A program made the position numbers and the translations under genes. From Zygnema circumcarinatum SAG 698-1b (lineage: Eukaryota > Plantae > Zygnematophyceae), in NCBI GenBank assembly GCA_037447605.1, contig CM074810.1, positions 3,630,880 through 3,694,879 of the forward strand: 64,000 nt of DNA, read 5' to 3'. Positions 11,599-26,669 of this stretch are shown piece by piece. Each line of letters opens with the position of its first letter. Position 1 is the first letter of the stretch. The notes below the pieces were generated by a model. It was not told the DNA's origin. It did not search any database and was given only the letters and a program-made list of their open reading frames with translations.

Positions 11599-14500
11599 AT
11601 GGCTGTCGATGACGACTTTTGGAAGTTCTATGACAGGCAAATGCGTGGTCTGGGGGGATTGGAGGAGAACGCCTGGAAGGTGGCTCCAAGCAGGAAGCGG
11701 AAGCAGGATGACAATCTGAAGGAAGGCGTGGCTTCTGCTTCAGGAACAGCTGGTTCCAGCCATGGCTTTAACAATCATACTGCTCCTGCAAGTCAGAGAA
11801 GGAGAACCAAGGAGGTCCCTTCCAGCTGTGTCGCAGGGCTGGAGCAAGAAGTGGTTTCTGATAGAGAAGCAGCGGGATGCCATGGCATTGATGACGATTG
11901 TCAGAATGGAACTCGGAATCAACAGCCATGTTTGGGAGATTTTGGAGTAGGAAATGACATGCAAAAGATGATGGATGTTGCTGCTCCGCATTCTCCTCCT
12001 CCTCCTCCTCCTGAGCACTTGCAGCAGCAATGCTTGGAAGGTTTCAGAACTGCACGTGACATGCAAGCGACCGATATCGGTCGTCCTTCTGCGCAGCAGA
12101 GGTTGTCTGATAATATACATGCAAAAGATTCAGCAGTTCTCATTCATAATCGTACAGTTCAGCCAAGGAAACGTACCGGACCTGGCTGTGGTTCGTCTAT
12201 TTCAGGAAGGCTGGCGAAGTCCAAACCGAAAGAGATGTCGGACGACGAGCTGGAACCAACAGATGATGCCCTTGACGAGGCAGTGCAGAAGAAGACAGCA
12301 AAACAGTCTAAAAAGGACGGTTTTTCTCCACTTCCAGCATTGGAAGCACCTCACAGCGACGCATTACCTGAAGAATTACATCATGACATCTCTACAAAAC
12401 CATCACATTGCAAGGATAGACGCACACAACCACTAAGGACTACCCCTAGAGGCACCCCCGAAATTGTGAAGATATTTGAAAGGAGGATTAGCAAGTATAG
12501 AGCAGGTATGCCTGCAGAAGATAATGCTTGTAAAGCAACCCCTTCAAACAGTGGAGGAGCAGCAGGAAGCCGCCTGGGATTAGAAATAGCTGAAGCTGAA
12601 GTGGGGGGAGCGGAGGATGAAGAGGAGACGGATATGCAGAGCAATGAGGAGGAGGATATTTTTACTAAGAGAGATGGAGATGCAGGTTTGAGTTTATCTA
12701 CGTTCAACTCAAGGAGAGACACCACGGCAGAACAACCTTCTCGTCCAAAGAGCCAAAGAGGGCCAAGAAGAATACTTCCAGGTCCTGCTGGCAAGGTTCA
12801 GCAAGAATCTTTGGCGCGAGGCTTGCAAGATTTGGGTTCGCACGAAGGCTATATTGATTCGTCTGCTGCGGAATTTATCGAAAAGGAAAATAAAGAAAAT
12901 GGGTCAGATGATGAAGACTTCTGTAAAGGCCCCTGGCTGACTGCCGTAGATTCTCTAGATGGACGGTCTTCAGGAGACGGTGAGACTGTGATGAAAATGG
13001 GCATTGAACTCAAATGAGTTGCTGTTGTTATCAGTTATAGTTTTCTTGTTTTGTGTGCTCTATATTACCAAAGTTTGATTGGCATTTGAATCCGGTTCTC
13101 TCTCTCCTTCTCCGTCTCCCTCTCCCACCCCCTCTCCCTCTCCCTCTCTCTTCTCTACCTTTGTTCAACAACACATTGGAGTGCTGTGTATCTCTGCAAG
13201 TGACCTGTCGAAGTATTCCTTTTAAGCTCTTTTAGATCCCTTGAAGCAGCGTGGCAGGTTTTGCCTTGCTTCTGTCATGGCGCCTCTCTTGGAGACTTCA
13301 TCGATTTCTTATAACCGTAATCTTACCTAGTTGAATTATTGTCTTACAAAGTGCTGCGCTGCTCGCCTTGCAGATGACTGGCCCTATTCTTGGACTTCTA
13401 TAGGATTCATTCGACAGTCAGGAACTGGAGGGCGAGTGGATCAGGTGCAGTGTGGTTCTTGGAACATTTTTTTTGCATTCCCTCCCTCCTTCCCTCCCTC
13501 CCTCCCTCCCTCCCTCCCTCCCGCCCTCCCCCCTCCCTCTCTCTCTCCATTCTTTACCTTTGACGTGCTCCTCGAATTTTAATTCATGCTCGTCTTTTGG
13601 AGTCCAACAAACGTTATTCAAAACTCATGTCGAATTCGGAAGGGAGTTACCTTTGTTAAAATATTGGAGATTTCATGAACTGCATGTAAGTTCATTAGTT
13701 GACTTGCAGTTTCGTATCTGCCTCTTATTACAACTCAGAACTCACTACTCTTATTTTGTATCGACAGATTGTTGGCGTTATCTCCTCAATTGAGCTCACC
13801 GTATTCGGAGATGCTCATATTATCTTAAAGGTATGCGAAAAGAATCGGTAAACTAGTGCAATTTTTTGAAGTTTGATGAGATATGTTCAAAATCTAATGT
13901 CTGAAGGATCTTGCCGAAAATGTTGCTTACTGCCTGTAAAACCTTTCTCAATTACATGCAGGTCTGATCCTGCAGGTTCATCATTGCAGCTTCATCCAAA
14001 AAGCTTAGATTATTATTAGCTTAGATTATTGCCTGGTTTTTTTGCGCTTGAAATATTTTTTAGAGATATTCAATTTAGTACTGAAATCCTCTGGAAATTC
14101 AGCAAAAATCCTTAATGTTTTCATTTCTAGCCCTCTCCTTTCACAGGGAATCGCAACTGAGCAGAGTATGTCAAACAAAGGAGCTGTTCTTGGTGTGACG
14201 TGACAGGACCCAACAGGAAACATTTCCGCTTCCATTCCGTCGACTGTCCTTGCAGACGATACTGTTTCAGGGGACTTGACCTGTGGTGCTGTACTCGTTC
14301 TAAAATCTGTACGTTTCACAGCTCTGTATTGGCAGGGAAAGGGGCTTTTATTGTCCCTTTGTTCACACCTGTTCGTTCAGTTCACTTATGTTGTCCTGTT
14401 CAGTTCAATAGCTGCATATGAAGGCTGCTTTTGATTCTATATAATGTGAGTGGGCTGATGTCTGAGGAAGGACTATGTGAGAAGGAATTTGAGTTAGAGC

Positions 14501-15301
14501 TTGCTCTGGGTGCAGCCTGTCATATTCAGTCCGAGACCAGGGGTGCAGAACCTCAACATCACCAATCGAAATATCGTGCAAGTGAGCACTTCATTTACCT
14601 CACTTGTCTCAGTCCCTTGACATGTATGGTCCTGCTCACGGCTATGGCTGCATGACATACATGACTATTACCTTACCTTACCTTACCTTTTTCCTGTATA
14701 TACTATTACCTATCTTCTATGCTAGACATCACCCATGTTGAACACCTAGCTCCATACAAGTATGACCCCCATGTCATATGCATGCATGGGTCCACTTCAG
14801 GTCCTAAGGTTCGTTTGTATATGGGTCATGCCATATGCCTAGTTCCTTACAAGAATGACCTCCATGTCATATGCATTGGTCCATTTCAGGTCCTGGCTGC
14901 GTTGTTGCGCCGAGGCGTAGTTTTCCGCTCTTAGCTTCTTTCTTTTGTGCTTAGGTCCTTTGCGACCAGTTCCTCGTGGTTCCTTCCCCATGCTGCTTTT
15001 GTCCATGTACATTTGATGGCCTCGCCATCGTGAGATCTATGCCACACCTTTTCTCCATAAGGGCATGTATACGTATAGGTGATTGTCATGTACATAGGTC
15101 AACATCTACATATGCCCTATTTTTTACATATTCAAAGGGCACTTGCATATGATTCAAGCAAAGTCAAAAGGCAAATGTCGAATCGTCAATTTTCATTGCT
15201 TGCAGGTGTTTGGAGTGGATACTCCACCCCCTCAGAACGACGAGGCCATGGGCCTCCTTCCTATACCAGGTCACGATAATGAAACTCCGATTGAAAAATA
15301 A
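11599..15301 (+). CDS. HROB: HROB/MCM8IP (C17orf53)-like protein: long disordered N-terminus plus C-terminal DUF4539 OB-fold
   Basis: Exons 11599-12979, 13236-13316, 13374-13444, 13768-13830, 14207-14308, 14516-14581, 15206-15301, phase-consistent GT-AG. Motifs: EDFCKGPWLTAV; GRVDQ-IVGVISS...GDAHIILK-DPTGNISASI...LTCGAVLVLK-PVIFSPRPGVQNLNITNRNIVQ-VF. The exon at 13236-13316 is the least certain. Confidence 0.8.
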
Positions 15302-16906
15302 AGAAATAATTAAATTTCTTCATTGAAACCTTTCGACCTGAGGTTGACCAATTTTTCTTCTTTTATCTCTTAGTGCTCCAGTTGATCTTTGTAAAGTATC
15401 TCCTTGTATTCAATAGGAGATATCCTTATTGGAAAAATTACATCCCGTTTGATAACGTATTCTACGACTGCTCGAGCATGAAACTCGATATTGGAGGCAC
15501 CTCATTCTGCAAGCAACTGCTCACCCGATGTTGTATCAAAAAATAGAACGCACTGGCAGGCAATACTAGTGCTGTTTTTTTTTTTTTTTTTTTAAATTTG
15601 AAACGTAATTTTTTCAAACCCTAAAAGACTAGAAACCCTCGACTCATTAACACCTTTGTTGTTGCTGATTTTCGATTTTTGATTTTTTGTTGACTCACAG
15701 CGAGGTTAAGAGCCTCACACTTACTATTGACCAGATCCGAGTATCACAGCGACAGCCATACATAGAACAATCCCACAATGATACCCAACAACCCTAAACC
15801 CAAAATTCCCTTTAGTTCTAAAGAACCCTGAAACAAGAACGTATACAATACACAGACCCCATGTCAGAACATTCCCAGACTGTGAGGGACAACACAGAAC
15901 TGGCAGAAGGAATGAAACACAACAAACAAAAACAGAGAGCCAGGAAACAGAGAGAGATTTAAGAACAGGTAACAAGAAGACAGGACGGTATAAAATAGAG
16001 CTGGAAAAAGATTTCAGGAAGAGTTCAAGGATAGAGCCGAACAATACGAAAGAGAACAGAGGAACTCCACGGAAATCACTAACAAAAGCCAATAGACCGA
16101 CCGGACTTTCATATTCCTGCCGCCTCCTTATCAGTCTTTTCATGTACACACATTCCTAATCTGTCCCATGTACTTGCAGTTCACATCTCGTACGTCTCTC
16201 TTCCTCTCCAACCACTTCCTCTCGTCCCTCTCCTACTCATCACCTCTACTAATCCCACCCTTCCTCACGCCTCTCCCCACTCATAGCCCACTTCCCTCTT
16301 ACTCTCTCACTCACACTGGGAATGGCTCCGGAGATCCTCCAAAATAAAATCCCAAACTCCACTACTTCCAACACTCTCCCCCACCTCCACGTAGTTTTCT
16401 GTCTTAACAGATTTCTACCAACCTAACAAGCCTTTCCTTATTTCCACTCTTCTCCTTATCCCTCTACCTCCCTCCCTCCCCTCACCTCCTAAACCCCGCA
16501 TGTCTCTCTCGCTCCCTCTCCCTTGTCCGCTTCAGCCCTCCCTCCCTCCCCCCCTCTCTCTCCACCTCCGTCTCCAAACACTCCCCCCCCCCCTCCTCCC
16601 TCCTCAATGATGCAGCAGGACTGCTCTCAAGCGTGTCCATGCTGCAGATCCAAAATTTAGTCGTAACAGATAGTAACAGAACGAAACGCAACTGAACGGA
16701 ACTGAACGAGGCGAAAGCACAACGGAACTGGCGCCAGAGATCGGCCCCGCATTAGAGGTTTCGAACCCCAAAGCTTTTGCCGAGTCGAGGAGAAAGAAAG
16801 CGAGAAACCGAGAGGCAGAGAGAGAGAGGGGAAGTGAGAGCGAGAGAGAGGGATAGAGGGAGAGAGAGAAAGAGAGTGAGAGAGGGAGGGGGGGGTCCTC
16901 TCCCTC

Positions 16907-19799
16907 TCACCTGGCGCTCCTGTGGAGTTTGAATCCAAAAATTCGCGGAATATAACTTGTGGTCGGTTTTGCAGGTTTGATGTACGGATAGGTCATCAGA
17001 AAAAGGTGCGGAAAAGTCGTCCCGAAATAAGCACCGTCAATATCTTCATTTGGAGTCAAGGAAAAAAGAGCAAAACCTAAGAAAAACCAGAAGCAAGACA
17101 AGGGGATGACTTTTTGGGGGAAGTTTCGGGCAGCTGGAAAAAAAGGATACTGCCTTGGTACTTGGAGCGTGGGTAGTAAATGTCTTCACATTTCGGGCAG
17201 TAAATTTTTACAGTGCTGGTCCGGGGAATGTCCGACTGCCCCATTGGCAGACACGGCTGCCCGGAACAGTAAACTCTCGGACACCGCCCGAAGTCCACAT
17301 TTTTGCACTTCTCTAGCTGAAATGTGGGAAGGAAAGAGAAAGAAAAAAGGGAGAAGAAAGGAAAAAGGGGAGGGAAAAGGTAAGGGAGAATGCAGCTGTG
17401 ATTTGAGAGAATGGAAGTGTCAGAATTGGAGTGACGGAGGCAGGCAGAGACGGAGGAAGGAAGGCCGGGAGGGAGGCAGGGAGGGAGAAACGAAGGCAGG
17501 CAGAGAGGAAGGGAGGGACGAAGGAGGCAGCGAGGGAGGGAGGAAGGCAGGGAGGGAGCGACGACGGCAGGAAGGGAGGGAGGCAGGCCGGGAGGGAGGT
17601 AGAGAGGGAGGAACGAAAGAAGACAGAGAGGGGGAGAGGGAGGGAGGGAGGAGGAGGGAGGGAGGGAGGGAGGGAGGAGGGAGGAGGGAGGGAGGAGGGA
17701 GGGAGGGAGGGAGGAGGAGGGAGGAGGGAGGGAGGGAGGGAGGGAGGGAGGGAGGGAGGAGGGAGGGAGGGAGGGAGGGAGGGAGGAGGAGGAGGGAGGA
17801 GGGAGGGAGGAGGGAGGGAGGGAGGGAGGGAGGGAGGGAGGGAGGGAGGGAGGGGAGGGAAGGAGGGAGGGAGGAGGGAGGAGGGAGGGAGGGAGGGAGG
17901 GAGGGAGGGAGGGAGGGAGGGAGGGAGGGAGGGAGGGAGGGAGGGAGGGAGGGAGGGAGGGAGGGAGCGCACCATAGCGCTCATCCCACGGGAGGTGAGG
18001 ATGTAGCGCACGTGGATGAGGCCGTAGAGCATCTCCGCCGCTGACTCGACCATCTCGTGCTGCTCCTCGTTCAGCATGTCATCTGCAACCGCCGAAATTT
18101 TGGGTTCAGGTATTCCAGAGGTATGATTAGACACACTACACAATGCGGACTCAGCATAAAAAAAATTAAAAAAAAAATAAAAAATAGCCTCCACATAATG
18201 ATGTATAAGCAAGGTAAAGCAAAGGAAGCAAATGCATTTGAAACTAAACCTTTGCTTCAGAACCAGTTCTTCAAACCCTAATTGCCCAAATTACTCGAAT
18301 CCAAATGAAAAGACCACCCAAAGGAGGGACCCCATCACTCTTTCATCCCATCTCCCTCTCCCTCGCTATATCACTCTACCCCTCAACCTCCAGCCCGATA
18401 CGAACCTTCACTCCAGCACCCAAACATAACGGAAACAAAACTACGAAACCACCCAAAAGGTATGCCCCACTACTCACCGCCATCTCTCTCTCTTTCTCTC
18501 TCCCTCTCTCTCTCCCCCTCCCCCAGCTACCAAACGTTTACTTCAGCACCCCACTTATTCAAACCCTAATTGCCAAATTGCTCCAAGTCAAATGACAACC
18601 AGCCAAAATCGACGTCTCATCACTTCCCCTGCTAGGATTCTAACCCCCCATTCACCCGCTCTCTCTCCTTCCCCGTCCCCTCTCCCTCACACACCCACAA
18701 AACCCTAAATCCTCACCATTCGGCGACTCCACGTCCAATATGAGGTCCAGCGCATAGTCATAGTACGGCACTTGGCTGCTCAGACCGCTCAGATTGAAAT
18801 CATCCTGAATGTATTCATCATCCACTTCACAAAAGAATTCATTCCCTTTAAGAGAACAAAACCACGCGATCCACGAGGTATCCTCCTCATCACTCCCACT
18901 CACATCCGAATCCTCGCTGTCAGTATCCGAGTCCTCCCCTACTCCCACAGGCACCCAAAAAACAAGGAGAAGAAGAAACAGCATAGGCTGATAAGAGATT
19001 AGGGTTCGCCTGTAAAAAAACAAGCAAAGGAGAGGAGGGGATTCGTTTTTTTGATGGAGGAGGAGGAAAAGGTGTCAGGAGCCCTAAATAAATTGAAGGT
19101 TAGAGTTTATCAGAAGGGAGAAGTTACAGACTGTTTTCCCACCATGCGTCCACCTTTCTCTCTCTCACACACACTCCCTTTCTCCATCTCCCTGTCTTTC
19201 TATCTCTGTTTATGCGTACACAAACATGAATATTGACGAATGCAGCTCACATATTCAAAACATAGTATCTCTAACGAGAAACAGTTTCTCCTCTCCCTCC
19301 TTCCCTCCCCCGTCAGTCGGTCTCCCTCCCCTTCTTCCACACTCCCCATCCCCCTCTCCCTCCCCTCCCTCTCTCCCCCTTCCCCCCCTCCCCCTCTCCC
19401 TCTCGCCCTCCCTCATTCCCCTCATCCCTCCCCTCCCCCCCTCACTCCCTCCCCCCCCTCATTCTCTCCCTCCCTTCTCCTCTCCCTTCCCCCCTCCCTT
19501 CCCCCCTCCATCCCCCCCTTCCTCCCTCCCTTACCATCGTCCGGGTATTTTGTCTTATCGAAGGACGCTCTGTTCCTCCCTGCTGACGTAGAGGGCGCCG
19601 CCACCCTCTCCTTCTCCCCCCCCCTAGAGCTGGCCCCCTTGCTGCCCGGACCTGAAATTTTATCGACCGAATCCTCCACTCTCTTTCCAGCCGCAACATC
19701 TCGGAAAAAAATATCTGGTTTATTATTGTTGGAATTATTTGCATTCGTAGTCCCTGCGCCGCCTCCAGCCGCTCCGCCTGCGCCTCGCTCCTTGTACAT
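16907..19799 (-). CDS. CKB: Casein kinase II regulatory subunit beta, plant type with N-terminal extension, about 299 aa
   Basis: Exons 19799-19535, 18938-18717, 18082-17973, 17316-17151, 17043-16907. Motifs: [82 protein letters not shown]. The terminal AG|GTGAG could alternatively be a donor. Confidence 0.97.
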
Positions 19800-20094
19800 C
19801 TTCTCAAACTAAAAAAATAAAGGGGGAAATAACAAATTAAGGGGCCCCAAAGAGGGGGAGAGGATGCTTGCGGGGAATAATCGACCGACGTATAACGGAC
19901 TTTGATGGTTCAGTTAAACGTGATCTATGTGTTGCCGCCGCACAAGCATTCTGTTGATGTAGGACCAAAAATCTGAGCGTAGGAACGCGGAGAATAGAGA
20001 ATAAGACTTGGTTTAAAAACCTGGCAAGCCATCCGAGCCAAGGTAAGACGGGCAATTAGGGTTCAGAACAAATTGCAAGAGAGACAAGGAGAGA

Positions 20095-20335
20095 GGCCGG
20101 AGGGGAGGAGAGAGAAAGAGAGAGACATGGGGGAGGAGAGAGAGAGACACATGGGGGAGGAGAGAGAGAGTGACACATGGGGGGGGAGAGAGAGATACAC
20201 ATGGGGGAGGAGAGAGAGAGAGACACATTGGAGGAGAGAGAGAGAGACACATGGGGGAGGCGAGAGAGAGAGAAACATGGGGGAGGAGAGAGGGACACAC
20301 ATAGGCGAGGAGAGAGAGGAGAGCAACAGAGTGAG
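20095..20335. repeat. Minisatellite of about 21-24 bp units (GAGAGAGACACATGGGGGAGGA) upstream of CK2-beta
   Basis: About 8 imperfect units visible. Confidence 0.8.
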
Positions 20336-22549
20336 ACAGCACGAGAGAGAGGGAGATAAAGGGGGATGGAGAGGGAGAGGGAGAGAGAGAGAGAGTGAGA
20401 GAGGAACAATGACAGACGTAGAAGAGCTGGAGGAAGAAGTAAGTGAGTGGGAGCGAACAGGGAAAAGGAGAGGGTTGGGAGAGAGAGACAGTGAGAGAGA
20501 ACCATAGGGAGAGAAGTGCGGGTGGGGGACGAGATGGGAGAAGACAGGAAACGACAGGGAGACAGAGAGGAAGAGAGAAAGGGAGAGAGAGAAGGAGAGA
20601 GAGGGAGAGAGAGGGCGAGAGAGAGGGGAGGGTAAAGAGAGAGGGAACGAGAGAGAGGGGCATGTAATTTCACAGGTTCAATACGATGTGTACAATTTTG
20701 GCTCCAGTTAGGGTTCAGTTTCGATTAACCGAATGGAAAAAAAATGAATGCAGTGCTTAAGGACAAGAACTCACCTCAATTAAGTTTCATATTCGGCATC
20801 TCTGTCTTACTCTCTCTCTCTCTCGCCTCCCCTCTCACCTTCTCTCTTCCCTTCCCTCCCTTCCCTTCCTCTCCCTCTCTGTATCTCTGTCCCTTTGCTC
20901 TCTCTCTCTCGTTCCCCCCTCGCTCTCTACCACCTCCCTCACCCCCCCAGCCGCCACCAGCTCCTCTGCTCCCTACGCCATAGCCTCCAAAACCTTAAAC
21001 ACGCCCGCCCTGAACTCCTCGCCCCGCAGTCTTCCTTTAGCCCTCAACCCTAAATCCTTCTCTCGCACTCTCTCTCCTCTTTCTTTCCGTCTCTCTCTCT
21101 CTCGCTCTCCTCTCTTCCTCTCTCCTCTCCCACTCCTTTCTCTCCTCCCTCACCTCTCCCGCTCCTCCCACTCCTCTCTCTCTCTCCTCCTTTCTCCCCC
21201 TCTCTCGTCTCTCCCACTACTTCTCACCCTCAATCTCCCCCTCCCTCTCCCCCTCCNNNNNNNNNNCCCCCTCCCACTCCCACTCCCACTCCCCCTCCCA
21301 CTCCTCCCTCGCCCTCTCCCTCTCCCTTTCCCCTCTCCCCCCTCTCCCACTCTCCCCCTCTCCCCCTCCCACGTGTTGGCGCGTTGGCGGCTGCCAAGGA
21401 TTCCCCCGGGCCATTTCTGCATACCTTACAATAGTTGTAAAATCAACCAATGAGAACCCGCCACGTGTACACAAGTTCCACGTGACATGTTCCCATTGGC
21501 CTATGTTCGACCTTATTTCAAACGGACAGACCCTCTCTGGCTCTGCCGTACATTGGCGCAACCAAATCAGAACTAGTACTCCGCCATTGAAAACCTGCCG
21601 CATTTTTGAGTTTCTGGTTTGCAGTCTGTACAGAGCACACGTGTAAAGTGCGTTCACTTGCGTCACATTGGCAATGGACATGACATCACTTTGGGCATCT
21701 AAAACGTTTTTGTTCCTGCAAAAGCCTGGGGAAAATTTCCCCAGGGTTTTCCTTTTTATCATTTCCTGCAAAATGTTTTATTTGTCAGAAACAAAAAGTC
21801 TTACGGTTGAGTTTCAGAGAATGACTAAATGTGTTATTTTGTTTATTTTTCAAAAAAGTAAAGAGAAACAGATGTTATACCTGACCGTGATTCCTGGTCT
21901 GTTTTACAAAATAAGCGAATCGTCAGTCAATTGTTTTTTTACAGACGAAAATATTTTAGGCTGCCTGTTGAAACTTTTGATTCCAACTTTCTGCTTCCAC
22001 GAGCACAGTACTAATTCTATAATTGTTCGGTCACTTCCAAAAAAATCCCTTCAAAGGAAGAAAAAATCGCGTCCACACGTGCGAACGAATCTGCCACACG
22101 TGTCCAGGCCAAATTTGTTTTTATTCTGTTACACGTGTGAGCGATCCCACGGTGTGAATGGTAAAAAACATGAATGGCGATTCAGGGTTTTACACTTACG
22201 GAAATTTTGACTTTCGTACAATAATGTCCGTCATGGTACGAATTATGACGTAATATCCACGTCATCATCAGACGTTTTGCCGTGCGGTACGGCAGGGTTC
22301 TGAGTAGAATCAATTCTGTACTGTAGCGAATCCATGGAGACCTGTACGAAAAAACCTTACCGTACAATCTGTTCCATGGTAAAGTTTTAGAAAAATATCT
22401 CGATATCTTAAAGTATCGTATGGTATCATATCGTACTATATCGTATCATTTCAATCCGATACAGAACTGGAACTGTCTGTTTTTCCAACCAGAATCGCAA
22501 CTAAAACGAGAACTGCGCTGGAACTGCGACAGCAAAACGCTAACTTTTC

Positions 22550-22640
22550 AAACCCTAAATGTGTCCGTACGCCTGAGGGTTCAGGACAACCGCCGCCTAT
22601 AAATACCCCCCTCTTTCCACTAGCTCTCCCTTTCGGCCCC
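22550..22640 (+). promoter_or_regulatory. RPL6 core promoter: telo-box, TATA box and pyrimidine-rich (TOP-like) start region
   Basis: AAACCCTAA at 22550-22558, TATAAATA at 22598-22605, CT-rich stretch from 22606, ATG at 22710. Telo-boxes are typical of plant ribosomal protein promoters, but the motif is very common in this genome. Confidence 0.6.
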
Positions 22641-22709
22641 TCCGCCTGCGCCCCTTCCTCCCCCCACCTTCCCTCCCCTTCCTCTTGCCCTACAGGAGGC
22701 GGCGGCGCC

Positions 22710-25534
<2,825 letters not shown>

Positions 25535-25973
25535 AGTAATGAAACGCTTTGGATCTCATGCTTTGAAAAGCTGCGCGTAATGTCACCCTAAAGGCACCGC
25601 TCCATTTGCTCGATTGAAGGCGCTTTGTTTTTGTGGATTTGATGGATAGTGAGGTCATTGATGGTGGGATGTATGTATGGATGGTGTTATCGCCACGATC
25701 AACAGGTTATGGGTTGTGGGTCTTGCACTCCCTCACTCTCCCGCTCCCCCTGCACTTCCCCCTCTCCTTCCCGCTACTCCCCCCTCCCCCCCTCCCCTAT
25801 CCCCCTTCCCCTATCCCCCCTCCCCATTGTCTCTCACCCCTTTCTCTTTTGATCGTTCTCAAACTCAGTTTCTCTGTTGCTATGTTTAGATTATGGGGCC
25901 CTGTAGTGAAATCTATTATGAAGATTGCTCCCTTTTTTTTTTTTGACGAAGTAGAGAAGTGAAGTTTCGAGGA

Positions 25974-26058
25974 AAGCCGATGATTAAAAGATGATATTTG
26001 CTACTCTTGACAGCTCTGCTGCTTGATGAAAGCAATCCACCAAGATCTCTGAGGCCTT
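25974..26058 (+). ncRNA. U24: Box C/D snoRNA U24 (SNORD24/snR24), copy 1
   Basis: C box-like ATGATTA; guide GATATTTGCTACT; D'-like TTGA; C' TGATGA; guide CCACCAAGATC; D box CTGA at 26049-26052. Both guides are complementary to the adjacent LSU rRNA segment GAUCUUGGUGGUAGUAGCAAAUAUUC, the known U24 double-guide layout. Confidence 0.9.
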
Positions 26059-26105
26059 TCAAGCAGAGCGCATAGTGATAGGGGGGCTGTTGCAGTCGTC
26101 CTTAG

Positions 26106-26155
26106 TAGGGATGTACATTAGAACGCAGTGTCATGTATTAGAATTCCAGTAAAAT
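26106..26155 (+). mobile_element. Solo end of the hAT-like family seen at 43866/45325
   Basis: TAGGGATGTACATTAGAACGCAGTGTCATGTATTAGAATTCCAGTAAAA closely matches TAGGGATGTACATTCGAACGCAATGTCGTGTTTTAGAATTCCAATCAAAA at 45325. Confidence 0.7.
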
Positions 26156-26270
26156 CTCCCCCCTACCCCCTCCCCCCTCCCCCCTCCCCCCTGCTTTTGC
26201 TTTTGTTTAGTTCGTTCCAAACGGTGCTAAGTACTGATTCTAGTGCAAGTCTTTAGGGGGCTTCTAAAGT

Positions 26271-26358
26271 GTGGCCGATGATTAAAAAATGATATTTGCT
26301 ACTCTTGACAGCTCCGCGCTGCCTGATGAAAGCAATCCACCAAGATCGCTGAGGCCAC
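26271..26358 (+). ncRNA. U24: Box C/D snoRNA U24, copy 2
   Basis: Same boxes and guides as copy 1, with a perfect 6-bp terminal stem GTGGCC/GGCCAC. CCACCAAGATCGCTGA matches the U24 3' end. Confidence 0.92.
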
Positions 26359-26544
26359 GCAAGAGGAACGCGTTCAGGGGTTTAGGGTGTGAGGGTTTTA
26401 GGGTCCCTGAGTTTCATCTAGAGTTTTAACGGTTTATGGACTTCGGGGTTTCAATGTTGAGTTTTTTACAAATGGTTTTAGGGTTTTGGAGTTCTGATCC
26501 TTATGTAGTGTTTTAGTGGTTTAAGGTTTTAGGGGTTTTAGAGT

Positions 26545-26669
26545 TGTACAGTTTCAGTGATGAGGTTTGAGCATGACTTTGAGCACAAGCTTGTTCTGGA
26601 CAGCATGTGGTTCAAGCACTCGTCTCGACTTTGTATCCCTTTTGTTACCGTTGGAGAACTGCTACAAGA
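26545..26669 (+). ncRNA. Candidate box H/ACA snoRNA
   Basis: Hairpin-H-hairpin-ACA layout of about 125 nt. Stem AGGTTTG/CAAGCTT; H box ACAGCA at 26600-26605; basal stem GTGGTTC/GAACTGC; ACA at 26664-26666. No target identified. Confidence 0.4.

Noticed and set aside
15724-16149. 141-aa hydrophobic ORF downstream of CK2-beta
   Set aside because: No recognisable motif; T-rich composition typical of a 3' UTR.
26557-26640. Box C/D snoRNA starting at GTGATGA
   Set aside because: No downstream CTGA D box at a suitable distance; an H/ACA-like layout fits better.
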